Below are positions 1 through 13,006 of a stretch of DNA of 64,000 nucleotides, piece after piece (within the stretch, counting starts at the first letter, position 1; each line of letters begins with the position of its first letter). Below the pieces are notes generated by a model, which searched no databases, was not told where the DNA came from, and was given only the letters and a program-made list of their open reading frames with translations. The DNA lies in contig NC_045138.2 of the NCBI RefSeq assembly GCF_008831285.2, forward strand, positions 40,858,001-40,922,000, in the 5' to 3' direction. The DNA is from Nymphaea colorata. Lineage: Eukaryota. Both the position numbers and the translations under genes were made by a program.

Positions 1-1143
1 AGAATTTAAGTCCATGTCAATGATCCCACAAATCTTGATTGAGCTTAGTGTGGGGAGTCAAATTCTAGCCTTGTAAGTGTGGGGAACTTGAGACGGAGTC
101 TTTAATGGGTTGGTTTTGATGGATTGTGAAACGTCGTCCCTCATGGTGTTGATAACACAGCAAGACCATGATGGTAACAGAATGGCTTGTGCGACGGTGT
201 CGCTAATACAACAGTTAAGCAACAATGAATGGGTTTAATGGTTCTGCACCATGATTTTCTTTAGTAAATCAACCTCCCCACGTTACTACATGATGTGTAG
301 GGAATCATCAATCAGCAAGCGTTTAGTGAGGCACTCTGTTCCTATCAGTAGTTCTGCAAAGTCTGACGAAAAAGGAAAAAGGAGAAAAAGGAAAGAAGGT
401 TATGAACTACGGTGGTTATCAGGGCATTAGCAATAGCTAAACTACTGATCAATTCTTAGATAACTCATGCAATAACTCGTGGGCCTGTCTGTTTTTGTGT
501 GTGGTTCAGCAGTGCAGAGTGTTGCTTATTTTTTCCTTGTTTTCTCAACTTCATCGGTTGGTGAAACTTGAAGATGGCGAATCCGTGCAACGAGAGTCGT
601 AATCTTAGAAAGACGAAAGAGGTGCCGATATGGACTCTGTCATGTGCTTATGGTTCTTAAAATTGAATAAATTAATAGTGAGCACCGCGTTCTTATTCCC
701 ATATATCTAAATATGATATAAGTTCGTAGTGATGAGTTGAATATGAATCAATCTATTTGAACGCGAAAGCATGCATGTACATCAATTAAACATAGACGAT
801 TTACAGGGGAACCGTACTAGCCACTCACATATTGCAGATGTTATGTAACGGTTTGAAAATTACCTGAGTTGGTCCAAATTATACACAAGGATTGAGAGCC
901 TGTCAATCATTCGTTATTAGTTACTACAAGAGAGCATGCATATGAAAAATTCACCACTGACTGTTCATCCTGTTTTTTTGCCATGGGTGAAGTTTCTCAT
1001 TATCGGGGTTGTATGTGGAAATTTTTTGCAGGCAAAGCTCCAGCAGCAGGTTTGGTAGGGAAAAAGATAAGAAAAGACGAGGAGAAGAACTCTATCCGGA
1101 TTCATCTGTTACTGTGGTGTACATCAGCAGTAGGTGAGACAAG

Positions 1144-4100
1144 ATGGATTACGTATATGGACCAGGGAGGAACCATCTTTTTGTTCCGGGACCTGTCAAC
1201 ATTCCGGAGCCTGTCATCCGGGCCATGAACAGAAACAATGAGGATTACCGTTCTCCAGCTGTACCAGCTTTAACAAAAACTCTTCTGGAGGATGTAAAGA
1301 AGATTTTCAAAACAACCACTGGTACCCCATTCCTCTTCCCTACTACAGGTAACCAATCAACCTTACATGCATATTTATCTTTGTTTTAATATTTTGTGCA
1401 AAACATTCTGGAAAGGGGCTCTATTAACTGGCATGGTTATTTCAACCTGAGTTTCGTACATATGTTACCCCAGCCTATTCATGTTTCTATGGTGCAGGAG
1501 CAGATTTAAGTACTTGTCATGTCTTGGACTCTTGAATAGCTTGAGTAATTTGAACCAATATGGAAACATTTGGTAGGAACACATCCAATTTTGTGAACCG
1601 TGAAAGTTACACATTAAGCATACCATATAACTTCCAATTCCCTACTAGATTCTACTTTGACTACGCCTGAACTTGGTCATGTTTCAAAATTGCACCAAAC
1701 ACGGGTCCAATCACTTGTGTGGGCTACAAACAACTATAGTACAAATATCCTGCAGTGCCACTATATATTCTGCCAGTGGGAAAAACATGCCATCTTAAGT
1801 TGGTAAGCACTCTTGGCAGGAAAACTATTCAAGAGTAGCTCAATTTTCATTAGTACTGAAGCTAATTCTCTAGTACTCCTAAAGTATCTGGTCCTTGAAA
1901 CTTTAGTCAAGGTAAGACTTCAAATTCATCTCATATGAGGTCTGACAGAGGAAAATGTCAGTCTTAGCATTGTTTTCAAGCATTACTGCATCAGTATCGG
2001 CCAAACGACAGCAATTTGGGAGGAGAGCTTGCTGTCTATAAAACTTTTTATTCATTATTCTAAATGACCAAATGGTTTTGCTTGCTTGAATCAGGGACTG
2101 GTGCATGGGAGAGTGCTTTGACAAACACACTATCACCTGGTGACAGGACTGTTTCATTTCTGATTGGCCAATTCAGTCTCCTGTGGATAGACCAACAGAA
2201 GCGACTCAACTTCAATGTTGATGTCATTGAGAGTGACTGGGGACAAGGAGCAAACCTCTCGATACTGGCTTCAAAACTTGCAGCGGACAGGTCTCACACC
2301 ATCAAGGCTATTTGTATTGTTCACAATGAGACTGCAACTGGAGTTACCAACAACTTGGCAGCTGTTAGAAGAATCCTCGGTTAGTTTTTGCTTGAACTTA
2401 TTAGATGCCTGTAACTGAGCTAGCTTTTAGAGCTGAGTTGCTCTATTGCCTTTGGAAATTAGAGACCAGCTTCATCTTGTCCATTGAAAAGGTGGGAATA
2501 ATCTGATGTCTCATGCCATGGCAAACTCAGACTGAGCTAGCTTTTAAAGTTGAGTTGCTCTATGGCCTCTGGAAATTAGAGACCAGCTCCATCTTGTCTA
2601 TTAAAAAGGTGGGAATACTCTGATGGTTCATGCCATGGCAAACTCAGTTTGTGTCATATCTAACACCCTACTTTGAAAAGTTTAATCTTGTATCTAAGAT
2701 TGTGAGGGATCTTGGAGGACTTATAAAGAGAGTTGTTAAGTAGTTAAGTATCCTGGTTCTTAGCCTTTTTGAACTGGAACCAAATCTGCTAAGAGCCGTG
2801 TTGGGATCTGTCGAACCAGGAGCTGGTGCCCAGTGTGGGCTGGGTCGTTGTGGGCTGAGTTGTTACAGAACCTCATGGGTCCTCTTGGCATGAAATGGCA
2901 ACTATGAATTGAGTGATATGACATGACTCAATCCTTTCTTATTTAACATATAATATTAAATTTGTCTGCAATGAAAAAGTTCACCTTGTTCATGTCAAAC
3001 AGATGACTACAGGCATCCTGCACTGCTGCTTGTGGATGGAGTATCTTCAATATGTGCTCTTGATTTCCGTATGGATGAATGGGGAGTAGATGTTGCACTG
3101 ACTGGGTCTCAGAAGGCTCTATCACTGCCCACCGGTATGGGCATCGTTTGTGCTAGTCCAAAAGCATTGGAAGCATCAAAATATGCTAAATCAGTAAGGG
3201 TGTTCTTTGATTGGAGTGACTACCTGAAGTTCTATAAGCTTGGAACATATTGGCCATACACACCTTCAATTCAACTTCTCTACGGGCTAAGAGCAGCACT
3301 TGACCTCATATTTGAAGAGGGTCTTGACAATGTGATTGCCAGGCATACACGCCTAGGGAAAGCAACAAGGTAATTTTGATTAGTATAGTACAAGAACCAA
3401 GATAATTTCATGAAAGTTGTATCAACTCAGTCTACAATTTACACTTGTTTGTTTGAGGTTTTACTGTTACTTGACATGAACAGCTTCAATCAACTCATGT
3501 TAAAGTGCACTTTCGTAGCTTCACAAATCTCAAACTTGATAATTAATTACACTCATGCGCAATGTCTAGCATTTGCTTTGAAAGTAAATATACATGAACA
3601 TTCCAAATGGTATCCTCCATATGGGCTATCAGTAAGGTCACTTCTTGAACATGCCTTTTATTGATCGGCAATAGTTCCTTTTATTTTCAAACGTGTACCT
3701 GTTATTACCAATTTTTTTCAAATCGATCTGTAAAGTGTCTCCAAGGAAGAATAATACAGTTCTGTTTGACTTCTTTTTTGTTTGAGGTAACCATCATTAT
3801 TTTGAATGCAGACTTGCTGTTGAAGCATGGGGCTTGAAGAACTGCACTCAAAAAGAAGAATGGTTCAGTGACACAGTCACAGCCGTGCTAGTTCCTCCAT
3901 CCATTGACAGTTCTGAAATAGTTAAGAGGGCTTGGAAAAGATACAATCTGAGTTTAGGATTGGGTTTGAACAAAGTGGCTGGCAAGGTGTTCAGAATAGG
4001 GCATCTTGGCAATCTGAATGAGGTACCTGATTTGCTTCTTTTATATAGCTACTTTGATTTCATAATAGGCAATTTTCTCAGATGCTTGTGGATCTCAAGT

Positions 4101-4314
4101 GTTCACATATAGTCGATATGTATGAGATATTTTTTAGCATTCAGTTTGATGTTCTATGCTTTTGGTGTATTTTCAGCTACAACTGCTGGGTTGCTTGGCT
4201 GGAGTGGAGATGATACTCAAGGATGTTGGATATCCGGTGAAGTTAGGGAGTGGAGTGGCAGCTGCTTCTGCTTACCTGCAGAACTCAATCCCTCTGATTC
4301 CTTCTCGAGTCTAA
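1144..4314 (+). CDS. AGT1: Serine:glyoxylate / alanine:glyoxylate aminotransferase (peroxisomal, photorespiration), 5 exons, 401 aa
   Basis: Exons 1144-1348, 2095-2379, 3003-3369, 3812-4022 and 4177-4314 are all GT-AG and total 1206 nt in frame. Motifs: MDYVYGPGRNHLFVPGP, VHNETATGV, LVDGVSS and the PLP-lysine motif TGSQKAL. The C-terminus is IPLIPSRV*, a PTS1-like tripeptide. Confidence 0.96.
2414..2647. repeat. 117-bp tandem duplication (2 diverged copies) in AGT1 intron 2
   Basis: Copy 1 (2414-2530) and copy 2 (2531-2647) both run ACTGAGCTAGCTTTTA...GGAAATTAGAGACCAGCT...AAAAGGTGGGAATA...CATGCCATGGCAAACTCAG. Confidence 0.92.
2652..2867 (+). mobile_element. Solo LTR related to the TRIM-like element at 38350-38736
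   Basis: Termini are TGTCATA...GTTGTTACA. The interior (GGACTTATAAAGAGAGTTGTTAAG...TCCTGGTTCTTAGCCTTTTTGAACTGGAACCAAA) aligns by eye with 38626-38692. No clear TSD. Confidence 0.65.
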
Positions 4315-4638
4315 TGTTTTTTTATATGGTTTTTCTCTCGTTTTAGCACGTCAGAATCTGTATAAAAGTCTACTCTGCACTCTTTGAGGCTATGTATGCC
4401 ATTTTCTTTCATGCATAATTTTAATCCTTGATTTTCAAATTCTCGCTTCACTTGGTATGAGTTCGACCAATCAAAGTGTTGTCAAACTCTGGACCCCAAT
4501 CACAAAGATCGACGAACAAAAGTAAGAAAACTTTGTCGTGACATTTTGAATTTCTGCGAAAGTATCATAATAATATCATGATGTTTTGTAAAAACATTTG
4601 TCGAAAACTCATAATCTCATAATGTTTCTACCCTGTTT

Positions 4639-4641
<3 letters not shown>

Positions 4642-4692
<51 letters not shown>
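4642..4692. repeat. (TA)n microsatellite, about 25 units
   Basis: Uninterrupted TA run downstream of AGT1. Confidence 0.97.
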
Positions 4693-4694
<2 letters not shown>

Positions 4695-6840
4695 GGATGA
4701 ACACTTGAAAAGAAACTCGTTACTAAGAACCCAAACTTACGTGTGACTAGAGAAGAGAGAGAGAGAGAGATGTCCTCTTTTTTTTTATGTGGTGAATTGG
4801 ATGTTGCTGAGCCCAACTTGTCTAGTTGTCTTCTTTTTTCTTTTTTGATGAATTTGGATGTTGGCAGAGATAAACCTGCCTTCTTTCTTCTTATGTGATG
4901 ATTTTGGATGTTGGTAGAACTATTCATGCTTTGCCCCGAGATAACTTTTCAAGGATACAGAAATCTCCTAATCTGTAGACCGTCGCTAGGCCCTGTGAAA
5001 TAACCTAGGGGGCCTTAACCATCCGCATCTATCTATTATATCTAACCATTTACTTCTGCACAATCAGCCTTAATGGCGTAGACAAAATTTCTGGCTAGGA
5101 GCATTAACACTTTAAATTGTAAATTTTTAAGGGGCACCAATATATAAATAAGGAAATGGCTATGAAATATTGATAAAGATGTGGGCAATTTCCCACACAT
5201 GCACACGCTTACCTCCGCTGCTTTTAATGGAAACACCCTCCGATTGAAATTTAGTTCCTTTTTGCCTTACTGTATCAGACTAATTGAATCCGATTTGGGG
5301 TCAACAACCATATTTTGGGAACCATTTATGTCCCTCTATCTATTTGAATAAAGATCGATTGCTTGCTTTAATAGTTTTAAATATTTTCTTTATTGGGATG
5401 AGGTACGTTAGTTATTACCTTAGGATGTTAAGATAACATGCTAAGTAGAGAAGCACTTTTTATGGGGCTCACAAAAAGTGTATAAAGCCAACATTGAGCT
5501 CGATCGAAACTCAACTCCAATAGTGCAAATGGTATGGTTTGGCTTTCGATAATGTAAACTATAAATAACTAGAGACCAAATCAAATTCTCATCCCACTTG
5601 AAGATCTTAAAGTTCAACACCGCAACCAGGTTGGAGGGAGAGCCTAGTCCTAGCGGCACCCTTTGAGTTGGTTTACTTAATTTCTTTACAGGCTCTTGCA
5701 GCGAAAGTTTGATGAAGAAGATGATGCAACAGAATTTGTTTGGGGACGACAAAAGGAAAAGATGTGTGTGTGTGTGTGAAAGATGTAAAGTGGCAACAAT
5801 TAGCTATACCCTCTTTGCTGAATTGGTAAAAGCTGCACTTCAAGCTGAATTGTTAGTTGAAGCGGAACAGAAGCGCCAAGAGAAGCCATGAGAAGGGCGT
5901 GGGTTCAGGTCATGGCAGACTAGTCAGGTAAGTAAACAAAGAACAAGTGTTGGGTTCTACTCGACGGCAGCAATTAGTCAGGCCATGTTTACTAGAGTCA
6001 TGAGTTCCAATTCAGGTATCTCCAATCAGAAGACACCTTTTGTGGTCGTCGACATCAGAGTGCCGCATCAGTAGCAGGGTTATTAAATATAAACAGAGAT
6101 TTCCACCTTTTGAATTGTGGTCGTAGATATCAAGGGGAGTACTACCAATGAACACCAGATTGTTTATCATGCTACATTTAATACTCTTTCTGCTGGAAAG
6201 AATGGTACATCTATGAGGGAGTACTGAAAGATCAGGAACACTTGTAGAGGCTGAAATTCAATTTCTCAACAAAATACAGGAATTCTGTGTTTGTCCTACG
6301 GCAATCTCTGTTTGGATCTTTTATATTTAAAGCTAATCTATTCCAACAAACTTGTTCTGTAGTAGCGGTTGCCTAACTCCTGCTAAAGCAAAACCTTCTT
6401 AAATATGACATTCATAAAGAGGTAGACACAAGCATCTTGATGCGGATAACACGATTATACAGTTCCAATGAGAGTAACAGCATCGTGTATCGCTAGCATC
6501 CAATGACCCAACTTTCAATTTTTTTTAACGTAATAGAAAAACTGCCATTGATTTTAACATCCAAAATTTGCAGAGTTATTGGTGCATCAGTTCCTGCATC
6601 TTTGTGCACTTCTTCTCATCCCAGGATGTCACGGTTCCCCAGCATTTGATCTACATGGTTGCAGTATCTTTCTCTACGGAGGTTGTTTATAGCAGCAGAA
6701 GAATTCCTTGCGAAGAATTTCAGCAAGATTGGTTGTTGTAGCAGAATGTCTGGGGAAACTAATGATAGTTGTAAGCCTTGTGGCGTTCCATAAGGCGACG
6801 AGGTTATTCGTCGATTCAAACTCCCGTCCCCAGACAGCGT

Positions 6841-6897
6841 CGGACCTTGTCCTTCTTATCGTGCGTGTCTCGGAAGATCGGCTCGAGCTCCTCGATG
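6841..6897 (-). pseudogene. Displaced fragment of GLDH exon 1
   Basis: 57 nt matches 12184-12240 at 48/57 positions without gaps. It translates IEELEPIFRDTHDKKDKVR versus IEELESIVRDAHEKKAKIR in GLDH. Confidence 0.8.
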
Positions 6898-8732
6898 GCC
6901 GTGAGATGGGCGACATCCAGGAGAGTCATAGTACCACTTTTAGTCCTGTATCGAGAGTTTTACAGGATTCCGTTGTCTGTATAACATCTGCGTGTTCAAC
7001 ATCCACCACGACCTTACTTGAACAGGATCTGTTCTATAGGTTGTACAACTGAATCCTTAATCCCTAAGGAGACAGAGATCAAAGTCTGGACGATGAAGCA
7101 TAACCTCTTGACCTGAGCGTGAATGCCTGTCGGGTTTTGGGCGGTAGTCCATCTCCCATTAGCGGAGGATCGTTCCCTGGTTGACTGGTTCGGCCGGGGA
7201 TGGTCTTGAGGTTGTCTGACAGACCCCAAATGAATTTTTTTTACCCAATCTCCCATCTTTTTTGTTTTTTCTCCCATTATTTGAAGCTCCTAGATGTTAA
7301 TCAAAAATTTATTTTGTGAAGTAGAGTTGTATTTTAGAACGGAAACAAGGTACTAATTGATCTTCCAGCTTTCCGGGGAGATCCAAGTAACAAACCACTT
7401 ACTCCAGAAGAATGAAGGCTAGGTGTTTGGTAAGAGATGCATACATCGGGACTACATGAACATTGTGTACTTTGTTTGGAGTGTTAAGTTGTTGTTGAAT
7501 CTTGAATGATATTCATATTCAGAGTGGGTTCTTTAAACCAAAAATATGGTGTTTTACAAATATATATCCCAAAAACACGATGGTTTTTCTTATCCAACGC
7601 TATCCTAAGATTGAATATACTTTGGTCCAAAATAAACCTCAATAAACTGGACATATATTTGTTTTACACTTTAGTAATACTTTTTATTATTCTCTCAGCA
7701 TATCATGGTAACAGTAAAGAAAAGGGTCTATGACTCCGCTTGTGAGGTTTAGCTCATAACCTCACGAAAGTGAAGGAGAGGGTGGGAAGTAAAAAAATTA
7801 AGGTGAAAAGTTTAAAATTGGATGTATATAAGAAACATAGATCAAGTATTATACGAGTCAAAAAATAAACTAAAGTTCCAAAACCGTAACTAATTGTTTG
7901 TATTCCTACTTGTCTGACATGAAAAATGAAAGATGCTTCAATGCCCTTTAATTGTTTTTTGTTTTTCTCTGAAGTGGCAAAAGCTGAAATTAAGTAGATT
8001 GTGCAAAATTATGGTAAAATTTAACTCTTTTATTTACTTTAAGCCTCTCTCCAGGTAAACGAATCTCTTGTTTGCACACTTTTTTAATGGGTTTATTTAA
8101 TTCCTTTACAGGCCCTTACATGGTAATACATTCTTCAGCCTTTGTGCTTATTTTTTAACCATTTCACTCTAATTTATTAGGGCCTTAATCTGAATCCACA
8201 TACAAAAGCCAGATCAAAACTCAGAGAGTGTGCGAGAGAGAGAGGGGTCCTAGATTGAAACCAACGCATGCATATGGACATCAAATTTATCTAAACTCAT
8301 ACTATAATCACCCGGGAATTTCAATCTCAACGTCCATAACAAATATATATTATCATGCCACTTTTTAATTGAAATCTCATTATATAGTAATTAGCGGGAT
8401 GCTCTAGAGTAATTGATGACAAAGCATGTGATATTTGAATGTGAGAAAACGTCGTGAATTTCCCTGTTGAAACTGAAATCATCTCCGACTTTTTAAGGAG
8501 TGCAGAGAAGTAATTGGGCTCTGATATGATTTCTGGTCTACGGAAGAAAATATTGGTACAACCATTCTTATTGAATGAAATCTGGCTGTAATGCCAGATG
8601 GGGACGATGACATGAAGAAGAGGAACTCGCAACAATTGTGGGAAGACAATCAATCCCATATAGTTATGTTACAGAGAGATCCACCCTCTCCGCAGACAAA
8701 GAATCAACACTGTGTCACACAAATTTATGCAT

Positions 8733-11700
8733 CTAGATGGAGTCCGAAGGGAACAGCTTCTCCAGCATGCCATTGGAAAGAATTTTATTAGGATCCAACT
8801 CCATGCGTGCTTTATTATAAGCATCAATGGGGAACCGTTTCGTCAGCCTCTCTTGCAGATCGTGGAGCTCATCTTTATCCCTCGGCACCTGCAAACATTA
8901 CTCCAGGTGATGGTCCAGACTCCAGAAAGATCCAGTGTTCAATGTTCCAGACAATCTAAAAAGTGAACAATTTTTTCCCTTTTTCTAGAGAAGAAAATGA
9001 TAACATGAACTCGGACATGCAAGCAAATTAGAACCAGCCTTATTCCTTCAATCTTAATAGTAAAATTATTGATTAAAAAGATAGACTTTGTTCATTGCCA
9101 GGCTAGTTTGTTGATTACCTCGATTTTAGCCCAGTGTTCATAGGCATGGTACTTGTCCCACAATGCAGTCTGTGTCAAACCTCGATACTTGAAGAACTCA
9201 TCAGTTATCTCCTTCCTTTGGCGGGCATCCATAGTCGGCAGGTACATGATTATGCCAACCTGAGAAAAGGAGATGCTATGAGCCAAATGCATTGCAAATA
9301 TTTTACAATAATTTTTCTTTACGCTTCACATGACTGAGTCCTTGATTCTCCTAAGGTTGAAAAGGAATGAGATATAACAATAGAAAAATGGATATCAAAG
9401 TTCATGAGTAGCAAGATTATGAAGATGAACCAATATAAAAAACATTCATATAGGTGCAAAGTGCAAGCGATCACTGTGCTACAGGTCCAACTAAAGCAAA
9501 GCACTTGAAGCCCTGAATAACTGTAGTTTCAATGGAAAACTGATACGTGCAGAATCAAAGGCCTTACGCACAACTAAGTCAAAAAGAAACTCGAAAGGAA
9601 AGGAATCAGTATTTAAGACTGAAGACCCGATAAGCATGCAAGATTTAGTCCCAAAATAGGTAAAACTCAACAAATATCTTAAAAAAACAACTGCTACGAA
9701 GTGCTATAATGGCTCACCCAAGAAAATATATCATCTTCACCCAAGCTTGATGCGGGGCTCATGCTGCTCTGGCTTCGAGCAGTCCAACGCTGCTCAATTG
9801 GGGCAGGAGCTGGTATGCCTTCTTTTTCTATGTGTTTCTTCAGCTCTTCAATGTAGCTAAGGTCTTTCATGCTAGGATTCGAAAGAGTTCCAGCTGGAAA
9901 GCATGTTTCCGAGACCCACTGCTGGCCTCCACAATCAAACCCAAGAATTTCATCACTCCAACCAACTCTATACCCCTCTGACTTCCTCCAGTATTCTGCC
10001 TCAGCAAGGTTTACTCGTCTCACATGATCCTTGTTAAGGGGGTCAAGTGCAAGAAGCTTATCCCGAAGCTCTGTAAATGAAGACTCATTAACATCGTGTC
10101 CGTCCTCTTTTTCTGGACTGCCAGCAGTGTCTTGCACTCTGTAGACAACCATAAGGTGCTATTAGAGAGACAATTAGCAAGCAATAATACTAAACATGCA
10201 TGATCATAGAAAACATCGTTACTACTTTTACAACAGACACTTCTACTGAAACAAATGAACATGTCTCAGTGTTTCAGTTATTGCTAGTCATTGTCTCATT
10301 CATGATGCTGGTATTATCTTGATAGAAGGCAGTACGTCGCAAACATAAGGAAATTAGGCAATCTGACTTCTTTAATTCAGGAAAAAGAGAAGACCATCTC
10401 AAAGCATTGATCTCCACACCATGCAGCTTAAATGAGTAATGGCAAAGACAATATCCATTTTCAATTGAAATCAGTAATTTATTCTTTAGTTGATTTTACC
10501 TGTATTGTTTGCATGATTCAAGGTACAGGTCACGGACTTGTTGCAGAGCTTCATCCTTGCTATACTTCGGGACAAACTTTGGTGGACCCTTGCGGTTAGA
10601 AAGGGGATTGCAACTCACTACCACAACAGTATCAGTGTACGGAATCCATAGATATTTTAGATGCTTATTCTCTGCCAACCATTTCCTGAAAAATGAGACA
10701 GAAACATGTAACTGGGAGTAATGATATTCAAGTTACATTCTATCCATCTGCAAAATAAAAGTTTGATAGTAAATTTCCGGCAAAGTGCAAAGATATACGA
10801 ATTATCATGTGTGAAACAGTAATTACTTGTGATTCTTTGATATCTCTTTAAAGTTAGAGATAAATGTGTGCTCAACAAGCTGATGTCTGTCAACACACTG
10901 GATAGTAACCTCAGCCACAACCCCAAGTCCTCCAAGACCGCAGCGAGCCAGATAAAATAGTTCTGGGTCCTTTTCCTTCGATAGCTCTATTGTACCTTTG
11001 GCAGGGGTAACTAGTTTCATACTAATTATTTGTTCATCCATGGGAGGCAGCATAGCTCCTGTACCATGAGCACCAACCTGGAAAGGAACATTAGAACCAA
11101 ACAAAGAAATGAAATTTGGAAACAGACCACCGGAACTTGTGGCCTATAAACGTAATGAAATAGAGAACTATTCATTATTCGCAATGGAAAAGAATGAAGA
11201 GGGAATAAACAGAGTGAAAACCAGCTCAATCGGATATTCAACTGCACTAAAACTCGTAGTGCAACATCCTGGTTCTAGCAAGTATGGTTTTACAAAGAAA
11301 TCATTTATCGAATTAGATCACCGAAAAAATCTCTACAAATCTGTCACACTCATTCACATGGGAAAAAGGAACATATGGTTTAGTTAAATTTAGTGGAGAA
11401 CACCGTGAATTTTTTACACCGGAGGCCAACAAATCCTTCTCCAGAAATACCCGATCCTGGACTTCAGTTGAAACAAAACATTCATATGTCACTCATAGAT
11501 AGGTAAACACTAATCTCATCCACCACAAATTAGTCAGTTCCAATAAAAGCAACCCCAGCACGTACCACTAGCATCCCATGTCTCAGCTTTCAATATCTCT
11601 CCCTAACATAACTATCGTCTTTCTTCCTCCTCTTCCACGTTAACACACAAAAATGTCCCCATACAATTAGCCCACGAGTAAAATCTCACGGTTCATTATT

Positions 11701-12602
11701 TTGCCAGAATTTCTGGAAGATTATGCGATAGTTATGACCCACCACTTCGTGAACAGATTATTTATATTGACTCAAATCACTGGACAACCAGTTTCTCCAT
11801 CATCATCAGCTCATCAACTTGCCCATCGTTTCCGAATGATTGCTACTAATATGGCTTCAATTCCTCCTAAATATGCAAATTAATTGTCCATAATTGATCA
11901 AATTAAAGAATGTGGGATGATCGGGACAAAGAAGAAGAAGAAGAAGAAGAGGCCCACCTGAATGATTCCACCGACTTGCTGCTCTCTAATGGAGGCAAAG
12001 TTCTGCAAAGTGAGCCCATACTGCTTCAGCTCATCTACGAGCTGCGAAACGCGCGCGCCCGCCTGAACCCTGACCGTCTTCTTGTGGACGTCCACCTCCA
12101 AGACCTTATCCATCAATGCCAAATTGATCATGCCCTTCCTATGGAGCCCGATCCCGTTGGGCGAGAGCCCGGAACCCACGGGCCGGATCTTGGCCTTCTT
12201 CTCGTGCGCGTCCCGAACGATCGACTCGAGTTCCTCGATGCTCTCGGGCTGCAGGAACGTCCTGGTGCGCACCTCATGGGTGCCGCTCCAGTTGGTGACT
12301 GTGTGGAGGTCGTCGGGGAGAGGCGCGTAGCGGAAGAGGGCAGCCTTCTTGTGCTTCGCGTCCTCCGGCAAAGGGAACGAGTAGTAGGTGGCGACTCCGC
12401 AGCCGAGGAGCAGGGCGAAGTAGCCCAAGTACTTCCTGATCTCCGCCTCTGACCCGGAGGAAGAAGGAGAAGGTGAGGAGGAGAATGGGCGGAGCAGGAG
12501 GCGGAGCTCGGCGTCTGGATAAAGTCGACGGTTGTAGTGTTGGTGGAGGAGAAGCAATGGCGGCGGCGACTTGCACAGACAGCGAAACGATCTCGACAGC
12601 AT
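8733..12602 (-). CDS. GLDH: L-galactono-1,4-lactone dehydrogenase, mitochondrial (last step of ascorbate synthesis), 6 exons, 599 aa
   Basis: Exons 12602-11958, 11077-10827, 10685-10500, 10138-9718, 9259-9119 and 8888-8733 are GT-AG and total 1800 nt. There is a presequence-like N-terminus (MLSRSFRCLCK), then FRYAPLPDDLHTVTNWSGTHEV, the FAD-binding IRPVGSGLSPNG, PAPIEQRWT and YEHWAKIE. Confidence 0.96.
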
Positions 12603-12966
12603 CTTTCTCTTCTCCGACAGTTGTAGGGGTTCAGGGTTTTCCCTGGTCGACAGAGAAGAAGAATTGCTGCTCACGCTTCCATGGAGATGGGCGGCAAGAG
12701 AGAGGATGGAAGTCGGAAGAGCAGTGACGAGCTTGCATTTCCGCGGTAGATCGGGTGCGAGTGAAGATCCAGATCCAGAATGAGTGCAAGTGGATCTGAG
12801 GATCGTCGACACTGATATCTCCACATAGGTGTTTGAACTTTGAAAAATGGATCCATTACAAATCGAAACTAGATCTGATCTAATACAGAAGTATCTGATC
12901 TATTTCGCTGTTCGCTCCTCACAGGCTGCGCAGGGATTAATCGACGCAACGATGACACCAATGCCA

Positions 12967-12974
12967 TATAATAT

Positions 12975-13006
<32 letters not shown>
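12967..13006. repeat. Imperfect (TA)n tract upstream of GLDH
   Basis: TA-rich run read directly from the sequence. Confidence 0.85.

Noticed and set aside
2414..2647. Tandem repeats (also 20228-20314 and 21435-21515) as a CRISPR-like array
   Set aside because: Each has only two adjacent copies, with no unique spacers and no cas genes, in a eukaryotic context.
11910..12783. Long + strand ORFs overlapping GLDH exon 1
   Set aside because: These are antisense shadows of a GC-rich coding exon with no recognisable domain.
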